NCBI GenBank assembly: GCA_964016885.1
Contig: OZ024762.1
Span: 17,422,001 to 17,486,000, forward strand
DNA: 64,000 nucleotides
From: Eledone cirrhosa
Taxonomy: Eukaryota
Reading direction: 5' to 3'
Below, in pieces: positions 12,374 through 24,337 of the stretch (within the stretch, counting starts at the first letter, position 1; every line of letters starts with the position of its first letter). The translations under genes were made by a program, and so were the position numbers. The notes under the pieces are model-generated. The model was not told where the DNA came from. It made no database searches and saw only the letters and a list, made by a program, of their open reading frames with translations.

Positions 12374-12830
12374 ATATATGTACAAAATACTGGCAGTTTC
12401 TAAATTAATTTATCTATAGAAACGGAATGAGAGCGAGATAACACACGGAATATATTTTGAGGCGTGTTACTTCACTTTCTTTCCGTTTCTATATATATAT
12501 TTTTTTGACAAAATGAATAAAATTTTGTATATAAGTATGACTAATTTACTGAGTAGTATTGTAGCTTCGCGTGATGATACCCGCAGCGATTCGGACTTCG
12601 TCGCCTACTTAAGTATGGCGTGACCATTCTATGTGTCTGAAGATCGAATCGTTGCAGTGGCACGCGGCCTTATCTGTAGGCTAGCTATATGCTAACCTGC
12701 GTCCTGGACCGCGTTAGGAATCCGTCTTACCTCCTTTTCTCTAAATTTGATTTGAGTTATCTCCCTTTATGTATAGTTACTTCCCCGTTATGGAATTCTT
12801 TTTTATTTCTTTCAATTCACTTCCGGTTCT
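12374..12830 (+). repeat. module copy A: long hairpin + structured GC-rich core + conserved motifs
   Basis: Colinear homology with 15601-16010: ATATATGTACAAAATACT, hairpin 12415-12494, TATAAGTATGACT, GTGTCTGAAG.TCGAATCGTTGC, GAGTTATCTCCC, ACTTCC. Confidence 0.8.
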
Positions 12831-14019
12831 TTGAAAAAAAATCGTTTTCTTATGAATAGGTAATGAAACTAAACCTTTTCTATATACACATTTTTTATTT
12901 ACCGTGGCTTTCTGACACACGATTTCTTTTAAACAAAAAAAAACTACTCATACGAATAGTGTCACTTCTAAAGAAACAAAACTAAGCCATCTCGACACTA
13001 TATACATTTCTAAGAAATATAACTCAAATTTCTCTATAAAACACATTCTGTGTATCAGCTCTCTTTCTTTATTGAATACATTGTAAACCTTGTCAACAAT
13101 ACGTTTTACTATCTTCTCTTTTTAGAGACATACATATAAAGCTATTTACTTTCTACTACGAAAAATATATTAACCTTCTCTATACAGGAAAATACCTTTC
13201 CTATTTTCTTTTAAGAAACAAAATATGTATAGCTACAGTTGTATTTTTTCTTCTCCATTTCTTTCACAACGAAGCACGGTAGCTTCATTTCTCGCACACG
13301 TGTGTGCATAAAAAACGTTAAACACTTGGATTTTACCAATTTTAAGTTGATCAGTTATTGAAACATTTTCTGTATATTTCCCTCCATAATGTCTAAATAA
13401 TTATTTAAACGTTAGGTTGTTTTTTTTGCTTCGGCTTAGGGTATGTATGTGCCATAGTATCTCCTGTGGCCAACTAAGCCCTGGTCATCATAAGCTTAGA
13501 GGGTGAAAGAAGCAGTTTTAGGACATATACTTCACATAGCATCTCTATGGCCACCTAACACCCTGGGCAATGTCCCATAGTTTCTCCCACGCTAGCATGG
13601 GTCGTTTTGCTTATATATATGTGTGTGTGTGTGCAATTATATTTGTCCATCAATTGCGTATACACAGGACAGAAGAATATTTGGTAGGTGAAGCAAGTTT
13701 AAGGGTTTAAACGTCTTGTAGGATCCTCTACGGCCAGCTAAACCATAGTTAGTGAATGCTTAGAGGGCGAAAGGACCCTATGGATGCAACCAGTCTCGAA
13801 GTTCTTGATCTCCAGTCCTTTCACTCCAAGGCCACTTGCTGAAATGTTTCATAAGGTATATTGGTTGCTGAAAGGTTACTCTTTTGTTTGTATATATAGA
13901 ATCCGCCAATAAAATGTATACACACGTCAGGAAAAGATACATATATTCAATAATACATTTCTTGAATCAAGATATCTCACCATGAAAATTCATCTTTTGT
14001 ATGTATATATCTATCTAGG

Positions 14020-14367
14020 GGGGGTAAAATTCCCTCTTCTAGTGTGTCCGTGGAGGGGCTCCCACAGGACCACTGAGTGCAGTATCAACACTGAATATCA
14101 GTGAGCATGTCCAGCTAACCTCAATCTCCTCTGTGTTACTTTCGAGAGGCTCCTGTACAGCTCAGAGCTCTTCATCCTCATTAATGTTCAGAGCCATCCT
14201 CAGCATTCTCGTGTAGCACCCATCCAGCATTGGAGCAAAGCCTGGGTGGCGTGTCACAGTTTGAGGCTGGACTTTCGTAAAGACCTGAAGATTCATCTGT
14301 ATTGCTGTACGGGTCTGAGACTTGGACACTGACCAAGAGATTCACTCAGATGGTGGATGGGTGCTAA
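14020..14367 (-). mobile_element. short LINE insertion with an inverted 5' segment
   Basis: Minus-strand part encodes LDGCYTRMLRMALNI; plus-strand part encodes VLLYGSETWTLTKRFTQMVDGC. Confidence 0.7.
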
Positions 14368-15600
14368 ATATATATATTTATACAAATTTTTCTTTTCCTG
14401 AAGTGTGTAGACATTTTTTTTTTTGTATACACATTTATTGGAGTTAGCTGTCTTGTTTCTTAGAAGAAATGAAAAAGCAAAAGTTTGGTTTATTTCACAT
14501 GTTCGTCGTTAGGTAAGGAAGTTTATTTACATTCCTTTGAAGATGGCAGTAATACTTTCCTGTGTAGAGAAGGTTTAATTCTGTTTCTTAGTAAAAAAGA
14601 GAATCAGAAGTATATATGTAAGAGGGCTGACTGACCAAATGGAAAGAAACAATGCAGTTATTAGTAAGGAGAGTTGAAATTAATGCATGCAAGATTTCAC
14701 TGTTCTAGCATCACTCCTTCATAATCAGCCTATGAGCTTTTCAGTTGACCCTCGTTTGTACAGAAGAACGTTTATATAAATGTAACTTTATGTGTGTGTC
14801 TAGAGAAGATTTAGTTTTGTTTATTAGACAAAGAAAGTATGTATATATAAATGTAACAGATAGAATGCCTTCATATCAGCTGTCTGAATTCAAATCTCAC
14901 TTTGCCTTTCATCCATTCAAGGTTGATAAAAAAAGTACCAGTCTAGTACTGGGGTCGATTCTTCCTCTATACTTCTCTAGAAGAAATCCGCTGTATTCAG
15001 ACTTGGGCTCTGCCAAGTTTTAAAAAGAGCCCTAGAAACACTGTAGGTCAATGTGTTGCCTCTATGACTCCCTCAGGAGTTACGGGTCCATACATATATG
15101 TAACTCGTACAGTTTGGAAGTTCTGTATGTAAGTCTTTAAAAACATTTCACCAGTACACTCAGCTGAGGAGTTAATCCTGCGATAGACCAGTGTCGTATC
15201 CAGGGAGAGTCTTATACTCTCAGACACTTAATTCCAAAGAAACTGGTGAGAAGCTTGGAACAGACATAGATAATTAGCCTGCCTTAGATCAGGCCAGGTA
15301 GTAGTTCGTAGGGGTTTTTGATATGGTAAACATTGACACTATTGCTTTCCACAGACCCTCTGGGTCTCCCCCCCTCTCTCAACCGAGCAAATGAAGTTTT
15401 CTTGGTAAATACGACTTTAACTCTACTTTTACAAACAAACAAATAACTAGTTTCTCGATTAATATGAGGTGATCTTCCTCCCTATCTTACGTCTGAGAAA
15501 TGGGCAAAAATCCAAATATTATTTACGTAGAATTGAAGTTGGCGAAAATGGTCAAACTATTGACTCCCTATATAAGTCAACCCGTTTCTACATATCCCGT

Positions 15601-16010
15601 TATATATGTACAAAATACTAGCAGTTCCTTAATGGCTATATGTCCTGTTATATTTATATAGAGAGAAACGGAAAGAAAGCTAGATAACACTCGGAATATG
15701 TCGTGTTATCTCGCTTTCTTTCCGTTTCTTTTTTTTAAAAAGAAAGCAAACTTTAGCTATAAGTATGACTATTTGACTCTGTAGAATTGCGGCTTGTGCG
15801 TGGCGCTGCACGTAGCGTTTCTGGCTTCGATGTTGTACTTATGTATGGCTGACCACTCGATCGTGTCTGAAGTTCGAATCGTTGCGGGGGTCGGCCGGGA
15901 CCACAGCAGGCTGGCCTCCTCTCCCCCTCGCATCAGTTTTTGCTAAAAAATTTGATGAGAGTTATCTCCCCTTTGTTAAGATTAAACTACTTCCGGTTTG
16001 TGGAACTCTT
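15601..16010 (+). repeat. module copy B: long hairpin + structured GC-rich core + conserved motifs
   Basis: Hairpin AGAAACGGAAAGAAAGC.AGATAACAC/GTGTTATCT.GCTTTCTTTCCGTTTCT at 15664-15729; core at 15775-15915 homologous to 12545-12670. Confidence 0.8.
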
Positions 16011-17234
16011 CTTTGTTGACATTTCTTTTCAGTGTATTGAAGACGTAACATCATTCTATTTACTCTGGGACTATTACTGATATTTGGATTATACGTTCGT
16101 GTAAAGAGGTATGTAAAGTCTTATTTGCCGTATACTCACAGATATTATTGAGACACAAAAATACATACATTCTCGTAATGTTTTAGTTGCCATGTCTTTT
16201 AAATTTATTCTAAACACTCTTCACAGAACTAAACCTCCTTCCGAGAAACAAACAAAATAATATATACACGTAGCTACCTCTTCTAACTAAACATACATGT
16301 TACTTTCCTCTATCATGAAGCATCTGTAAGTAAATATAACGAAGCCTACTCTCTATACACATTTTATTATCTTATAAACCTTATACTATACCATCGTAAT
16401 TTCTATGTCGAGTTACCTCGGCATCACCACTCTCTCTTGCACACTTCATATACCTTTTTAACAACTATATATTTATATTATAATCGTATCTCTATTACAT
16501 ATACACCTTCTCTGTATATACTTACCGAGAAGAAAGGTATATACCCTCATCATACACAGCTATATAAGAAACTGTAGTATATAGAATACAGACGATCTCT
16601 CTATACATAAACACACTTACTTCGAAGTATTGTATATATATGCAGCATCTACATACACACAAGACAAAGTTAAAACCCTATTCTCTACTACTTTTCCCGA
16701 GGATATTTTATCAAGGCATCTATTTTTTGTATGTAGAAGACATTCTATAGAATACACTCCCTTGTTATATAAATATTGTACACACGTGTGTATATAATAC
16801 ACTTCTATATATATAGAAACTTACTACTAGATATTGTGTGTACACAGCAAAGAATCTACTTTTTGTATGTAGAGGCTCCTCTGTAACATCTAGAAGGCTT
16901 ATATTTACTATCCTTCTCTATAATAAAAAAACCCATATATACAGTAATACCTTATCTAGAGGCATATAAGAAACTAAACTGTTCATGACAAAGAGGTTTA
17001 ATTTATGCCTCTAGAAAATTATTGGTGTTAGAGCTGTGTAATCTGGATTGTTTTTATTAATACCTTCTGTTTCTTTCCAGGTATGTTGAAGATCTCCGCC
17101 AGCTCAACTGAGTGTGTAAATACACACAGTCGTCTCAAGAAATAAAATAACTCCAACAACAAAATGTAGTTTATTTATTGATCTTTATTTCACATATAAG
17201 TAAGTATATTCTATAGAACATTGTTTTTTATTAT

Positions 17235-18715
17235 ATTGAGGGCACACCACTTGTACAAAGAGATATTATCTTTCCTAAAGACCATCCTCCTCAGAAAATA
17301 CCACATAATTCATGCCACTTGGACCTCATGACCGACCCATAATGGTGAATTTTGGTGGCATAGTGACATGGAGAGGAATGCAGGACCTGTGTTTGCAATA
17401 GACTGACAATGCAGGAGTATTACATATACTGTATAGCATATAGAGGAGGATTTAGTGCGATATATAGGGCAGGTAAATTATTTTAGCAGTATTTAGTGGA
17501 TGCCTATATGAAAGTAGAGGGATGCAGGCTTCAATATTTGAGGAACAATCAAGCCCAATTGTGAGTGGATGAGTATAATGGTTTAATGAATTATCTAAAC
17601 AGATGATAACACTGAGCCTTAAGAAATGAAGGCAAGATAAGAAACAGAGAAGACATTGACAGAATCGTGTCAGCAGAAATACCTGCATTGGAAGATGATC
17701 CAGTACTACATGAGCAGGTTTAAAAGTTTATGATCCACGGGCCATGTGGTTCTGGAAACCCTTTTCCCCCATGTATACAAAATGGATTTTTCCAAAAGAA
17801 CTATCCATAAACCTACAGAAGGGAAACATTATTGAACCTAAATGGATACCCAGAGTACAGGAACTGCAGTGTAAATTGGATGACATTCAGTAGATAACAG
17901 GAATGTTGTGCCATTTAATGCCTTTTTGCTTAAGAAATATTGTGCACATATTAATGTTGAAGCTTGCCCTTCTGTAAAAAGTGTCAAGTACCTCATTAGA
18001 TATGTTACATGGGGCATGATTGTACAACTATAGAAGTAACGAATAATGCATTACCTAATAAGGCTCAGAACCAACACAACCATGATGAAATAAGAACCTA
18101 TCTTTGTTGCAGGTATGTGTCTCAGCCAGAAGCAGTGTCGGGTCTCTCGGAATTTAAGCTTCATGGTACATCACATACAGTATACAAACTAGACACACAC
18201 CTGGAGAACAAACAGAGTTTACTTTCAAAGAGGCAATGCTCAGGTTGCAGTAGAAATACAGGGACACCGAGACACTACCCTTGCTGCCTGGTTCAAGCTA
18301 AATGAACTTCTGAACTTGCTTACACCTTCTGGGATGCCGCCTCACAAACTCCAATTAAAAGCACGATCAATAATAATGCTTCTATGGAATATTTCAATCC
18401 AGAACAGATTATGTAATGGCACAAGATTAGAAGTAGTGGAACTGCATAAACATTTTATCGAAGCTTCTCATATCTATGGTCCTTTGATGGGCAGGTGTGT
18501 TTTGATCCCAAGACTGAAGATAGCTCCCAGTGGTGCCAACATCCCTTTTACTTTGGAAAGACCCTAGTTTCCATTAAGACTGTCATATGCCATGACAATC
18601 AACAAGAACCATGGTCAAATACATGATTAAGTGGGTCTGTTCCTCCCTGAGCAAGTATTTAACCATGGACAATTGTATGTTGCTTATTCAAGAGTTCACA
18701 GACAGATGTAAAAAT
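17235..18715 (+). mobile_element. degenerate Helitron Rep/Hel fragment (inverted copy of array segment 24338-25754)
   Basis: MIHGPCG, GYPEY, DNRNVVPFN..LL.KY.AHINVE, DEI..YL..RYVS..EA, and the PIF1 C-terminus PSGMPPHKL.LK...LCNGTRL...FPLRLSYAMTINK...VFNHGQLYVAL; stops and frameshifts. Confidence 0.9.
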
Positions 18716-18749
18716 TAATCCTACCAAACCCCCACCACTCCTACAACTG

Positions 18750-18811
18750 CGGCCGACTCCCGCAACGATTCGAACTTCAGACACGATCGAGTGGTCAGCC
18801 ATACATAAGAA
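18750..18811 (-). repeat. inverted near-identical fragment of the module B core
   Basis: Reverse complement of 15835-15897 (CTTATGTATGGCTGACCACTCGATCGTGTCTGAAGTTCGAATCGTTGCGGG.GTCGGCCG). Confidence 0.9.
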
Positions 18812-19884
18812 CAATCCCCCACAAAACAACAGCTATCATTACTAGTTGGTAAATTATCGCAGCTCATATCTGATCCTCTTCTAAATCTTAAATCACAGTT
18901 CTGTACACGACAATTTTCTCTTCTTGCACTTTGCAGTCATTATTTGTTAAAAATTGTTTTGCCTGACTTAATCTTAGTCTTTTGCAGCTCATTTTGTTTC
19001 ATCTCGCAGCACACGATTTGGGAACCACTGCTCTAGAGATAGAAAAAGTATATTTTATGCAGGGTTTCCCTGAGACATAAAAACTATTTCAAGAGATCGA
19101 CATGGGTAGAAAGGTTGAGAAATGCTGCACAATGTTCTTTGGGTGTTGTTCACCTTTAAATAATCATGTATAAAATATCGGGTGTGCAAGATTTCATGAA
19201 AAGGTATAACATTATTTATGCTGATCTTGCAGGGACTAGCTCCAATTGAGAGTTGTACCAATTCCCACTATACTTGAAACTCCTGGACAATATATACATA
19301 TCTTTATAAGTTCCTGTGTATTGTGTCGCTGTATAATGAAACATAAATATATACCATGCATGTCAGTGAGATTTGAACTCACTATATTTGGCGTTTTATA
19401 GATATAATTTGTTTGTTAAAAGAATTGATTAAATAATAACTAAATAAAATTAATTCTACAATCCTGGATAGGGAATGAACTTATAACTTCATAATAGAAA
19501 CCATCTATTCGAGCAGTATTGCCACCAGGTTACTTACAGAACTTCATTCAAATATAAAGTATAAAATATATGTCAGACAGTGAGTTCGAATCTAACTGAT
19601 TAGTTGCCAACAGTTTAAATCGCCAACCGGTAGGTGATATCGACTAGGTTGGGAAAACTTGGTTAAGTAGCTCCAGTTATTGCTACGTTAGACATATTCA
19701 AGACTTATCGAGACTGAATGGAAGAAAGGTAAAGTTGAAATCAGAGTAAAGAACTGGAAAAATACTGCAAAGAATTCTATCGGATGTTCTAACAATTCTA
19801 CCAAATTACCTTATGTATATATATTTATATCTAGAGATAAGAAGAAAACTGAAAGAAAAAAAAAAAAAAAAAAATGAAACCTTA

Positions 19885-19955
19885 TATGTAGCCCAGGATT
19901 GAAACCGAAACCAGGACCTCCACCATCTCTGGTATCACCCACTAGACCACCATGA
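19885..19955 (-). mobile_element. degenerate tRNA-like/SINE head (present in each unit)
   Basis: Minus strand GTGGTCTAGTGG (A box) ... GTTTCAATCCTGG (B-box-like), followed by poly-T; no intact cloverleaf. Confidence 0.45.
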
Positions 19956-20567
19956 AAGATACAAAAATCTGCTTTTTTAATATTTATAAGCCTACTTTCA
20001 ATATTAAAGTAATTAACATGTGGTGTTGTTCATGCCTTTCTCTATGTTATTGGTAAAAAATAAAGTATTTAAACCTCAAATTTTGTTATTCAAATATGCT
20101 TGCTTATGTAATTATTAATGTCGCAGAATACACACGCATATATAGATGTGAAAATATTCAGGACCCCAACGGCTGTGCTATTGCCGTTTCGACATTTATA
20201 TATATATCTTTTAGTCCTAGGCTCTTTCAGCGCAGAAAGAATTCTTCAATGATCACAACCAGCTAATGGTGCCCAGTGGAAGCACTTTAGTCTAATTATA
20301 ACCCCAACGATCACGACTAGCGGCGGCTTTTTCGAGTCTGAGGTTGACTGCCAGATATATATATATATATATTGTTATACTTTGCTAGAATCCCGGAGAA
20401 CAACAGAAAGATGCTGAGTTCAGAGTTTAAAAAACAATAGAAAGAAGGGCATAAATAAATATATATCAGTGGTTTAAAACCTTCTCTGCACCATACCCCA
20501 CCTCGACATTTAAAATATGTTTATGTACCCCCTTTAATATAAAAACAATCCGAGTCTTGTAAAAGTG

Positions 20568-21279
20568 TTATTACTGTAATATAAAGTAGAAACTGTTTAT
20601 TTAAACAAAGCTGCGATGCAACGATCATCAAAGCAAACCCCGAAATGTCAACAAACTTCTCGCAGGTGCTGCCAGATACACGATAACGTGTATACGAAGT
20701 GTAACAGGGAGTTGGGTCGTATTATATCACTTTCAAATTGACCCCTATTATATTCAAATTATCCCCTGTGGGGCGTGCACCCCACGTTGAGAATCCCTCA
20801 TAAATAAATATATGTGAGTGTGTTGCTATTTCTAGCAGGTTTACTGCAGTCCTGTAGACGCACACCAAAAACCGGAAGTGGCAGCCATTAAAAAACTTTG
20901 GCTTAAAATCAGGCAAAAGTTTTTTAACAATTTGCCAAGAAAGATAACTCTTGTCTTACTTAATCGCAAGAATCGAGGCAAAAATTTTGCGGGTGTGCAG
21001 TTTGTTTGGTGTATTTGACTGCTTTTTCTAGCATATATGGACACTTTAGAAATAGCAGCGAAACACGGAAAACATAAGAAAGAAGGACACACACGTATAT
21101 ATATATATATATAATTATGTATCTGTATATATATATATATACATATATATATGCACAGATATATATACATTTAAATATTTATATATATATACACGCGCGC
21201 ACACACACCTATACGTAGATATGGGTGTGTGTATAGCTGGTATATATATATATATATATATGGGTGAGTGTATAGCTGG

Positions 21280-21319
<40 letters not shown>

Positions 21320-21840
21320 GGTGTGTGTCCTTCTTTCTGCTGTTTTCCGTTTTTCGCTGCTATTTCTAAAGTGTCCATACATGCTAGAATTAGCAGTCAA
21401 ATACACCAAACAAACTGCACACCCGCAAAATTTTTGCCTCGATTTTTGCGATTAAGTAAGACAAGAGTTATCTTTCTTGGCAAATTGTTAAAAAACTTTT
21501 GCCTGATTTTAAGCCAAAGTTTTTTAATGGCTGCCACTTCCGGTTTTTGGTGTGCGTCTACAGGACTGCAGTAAACCTGCTAGAAATAGCAGTCATAGCA
21601 ACACACTCACATATATTTATTTATGAGGGATTCTCAACGTGGGGTGCACGCCCCACAGGGGATAATTTGAATATAATAGGGGTCAACTTGAAAGTGATAT
21701 AATACGACCAAGCTTCCAGATACACTTAGTATACACATGTTATCGTGTATCTGGCAGCACCTACGAGAAGTTTGTTTTGATCATCGCTGCATCGCAGCTT
21801 TGTTTAAATAAGGGGTTTCTACTTTATATTACAGTAATAA
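20568..21840. repeat. long inverted repeat, ~525-bp arms around a TA-rich spacer (unit 1)
   Basis: TTATTACTGTAATATAAAGTAGAAAC...GAAGGACACACAC versus GTGTGTGTCCTTC...GTTTCTACTTTATATTACAGTAATAA; mirrored spurious ORFs on both strands. Confidence 0.95.
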
Positions 21841-21974
21841 ATGTTTTACTTCGTCTACACATGTTATCGTGTATCCGGCAGCACCTATGGGCTGTTTGTT
21901 TACCGTTTGGTGTTTAATTTGATTATCGCTTCATAGCAGGTTTGTTTAATTAAAGGTTGCGAGGGGGATCACTG

Positions 21975-22028
<54 letters not shown>

Positions 22029-22107
22029 CGCAAAGACACACACATATATATACATACACGCAGACATACACCTGTGTGTATGTGTACGTGCGTGTCTTTG
22101 GCTGCTC

Positions 22108-22148
<41 letters not shown>

Positions 22149-22261
22149 GTGTATATATATATAGACACACACTGTTGTTTCCTGATTTTTAGTGCTGTTT
22201 CTAAAGTGTCTATTAATATATGCTAGAAATAGCAGTCAAGGGAACATTTACGTATATATAT

Positions 22262-22690
22262 GTAAGGGCAGTGACACCTGCTGCAACAACCATCCAACCT
22301 CGTGGGACTCCATCCTCAGACGGGCCACAGACACTCCGATGTTGCGGAGGAGCTCGGCTGTAATGGGTCCAAGTTGACCTGGGGTCTCGACGGCGGCTGG
22401 TGCGTATAGAAGAGGCTCCAGGACAAACACCGGAATTTGTTTATTTTATGTTCATCTGCGAGACGGGCAGCGATGCTGGGGTTTGTGGATCTACCTCCTT
22501 CGAATGGGAAGAGGGTGATTCCCTCGGGGTGCTTGCCATCTCCGCGGCCTAGGCCTGCTCGCTCCTGTTGAGATGGAAAGTTAGCTGCGTCTAGGCTTCT
22601 TCTCATTATGTCGTTGAGAGCATTTATGTGGCTCACACACGCGGAGGCCAAGGCGTTGGGCTACTCCGATGCGAGTTCACTCATCATCAA
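22262..22690 (-). mobile_element. CRE-like non-LTR retrotransposon fragment, restriction-like endonuclease (also at ~30600, 38995, 47290, 55605, 63935)
   Basis: HINALNDIMRRSL.AA.FPSQQE.AGLGRGDGKHPEGITLFPF..GR and ..PAAVETPGQLGP...LLQQVSL match the CRE RLE pattern (EP.GL.R.DGKRPDG.TL.P; VET.G..G). Confidence 0.75.
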
Positions 22691-23829
22691 GAATTTATTT
22701 GAATTGAAAGGTCACTAAACTAATATAGGAGTGTGATTTAAAAATAAGGTAAACAGAAATAGTTACACCGGTAACATAATTACTGTTACACCGGTAGTTC
22801 ACTAACAAATCATTTCACGTTCGTCTCTAACAGGTAATATTTTAATTTGCTCTCCATGTTTGGGAGTAACTGTAGTTTGGCTTGCTAGGGGTCATACATC
22901 TTCATACACATACACACATACATATGCATATATATAATTATATGTAAATTCAGCTCCGTATTTAGGAAATGAGGCCTGTTCTAGTTACGAGGCCCCTTTC
23001 TTGGGCTCAGTAGGATGTAGGCTTGTTAAAATAATTCTTTCGGTAGGAAGATGGGCCCTTCTGTGTAGATTCCTTCCTTAATATTTCAGATAGGAGGGAC
23101 CGTTTCTGTTGTCTTCCTTTAGTTGTTCATTCCTTATTTTCAGTAATGTCCTTTCCGACCATAATTATGTCGGCGACGTAAGCATAAGTCTAATTTATTC
23201 TTTAATGAAGGGTAGATCCTTCGATAGTGGAGGCCCGTGGTCTTACGATCATATGTGTATTCGATTCCTGGACTGTGTTGTTAGTTGTTTTACTTGAGCA
23301 AAAACTTCATTTCACATAGGTGGGGGGTTAACCCTGCGATCGACTGACATCATGTCCAGGGGGAAGTCATGTACTCTCAGTCTCTTTACGCTACAGGAAC
23401 TGGGACAGGCACCTGCTTGAGCTGACTTTACACTTTGGAAATCCTTAGATATTCTTCTTGGTGATATATTTGTTAGCTTTGACTTTAATTCATATGTTGA
23501 CACCACTAATAATTCATAGATAGAAAAACGTTTGTGGCTTTAGTACACCTTTAAGCTTTAATTTCAATTACTGACTATGTCTAACGAAGTAATAACTGGA
23601 GCGACTAAACCAGGGTTTCCTAACCTGGTGATATCAACCACCGGTGGCTGATTTCAACTTGGTCTCTTCGGCCACAAACCCGGGTACCGCGGCCCACGAA
23701 GGAAAGGAAGATAAACAAATATCAGAGGATTGTCCGGCTTCTTCCACTTGGCACCTGTAGCCACCATCACGTATAAGTATAAATATATATATATATATAC
23801 ATATCTATCTATCTATCTATCTATATATA

Positions 23830-24337
23830 TATCATCATTTTCATTTTACATCTGCTTTTCCCTGTTTGAAAGGGTGGGACATATATATATATATATATAT
23901 ATATATCATCCTCATTATACATCCACTTTTCCCTGCTTATAAGGGTGGGACAGATCCTCTTCAGCGCAGCATCTCTCCTTCACCATCTCCTCTGAGCTTC
24001 AACGATCTGAGGTCAGCTCTCACTACCTCTGCCCATATCTTCCTTGGTCTTCCTCTACTGCATATTCCTCCCACTGGGATTACTTGGCACTTCTTCACCC
24101 TGCGGTAATCCTGCATACGCATCGCATGGCCATACCAACGCAGTCTTTTCTCCCGCACACTGCAGTTTATCCTTCTTATAGAGTTTCACTCTCAACTCAT
24201 CCATACTTGGTCTTTCACGCACATTGAGATTGCACATCCAATGGAGCATGCTTGCTTCATTTCTCTTCAGCCTTCGCATATCCTCTGCAGTTGCTGCCCA
24301 TGTCTCACTACCATGCAACATTGTGCATCTCACACAG
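23830..24337 (-). mobile_element. RTE LINE 3' fragment with doubled tail (also at ~32240-32671, 40650-41072, 48930-49364, 57250-57681)
   Basis: MLHGSETWA...MRRL.RNEASML.WMC, REKRLRWYGH.MRM, GRPRK.W; tail GTCCCACCCTT..GCAGGGAAAAGTGGA matches 3180-3215. Confidence 0.88.

Noticed and set aside
12571-12640. C/D-box snoRNA (GTGATGA...CTGA) or hammerhead (CTGAAGA) in module A
   Set aside because: The C box is absent in copy B and there is no terminal stem; no stem II or GAAA for a hammerhead
20157-20235. Functional hammerhead in each array unit
   Set aside because: Only the GAAACGGC..GCCGT half remains; the core (CTGAAAGA) and stem I are degenerate
20722-21702. Mirrored ORFs MPDFKPKFF... and ...[11 protein letters not shown]... 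recurring in each unit
   Set aside because: By-products of the palindrome; non-ATG starts, frameshifts in some units, no recognisable domain
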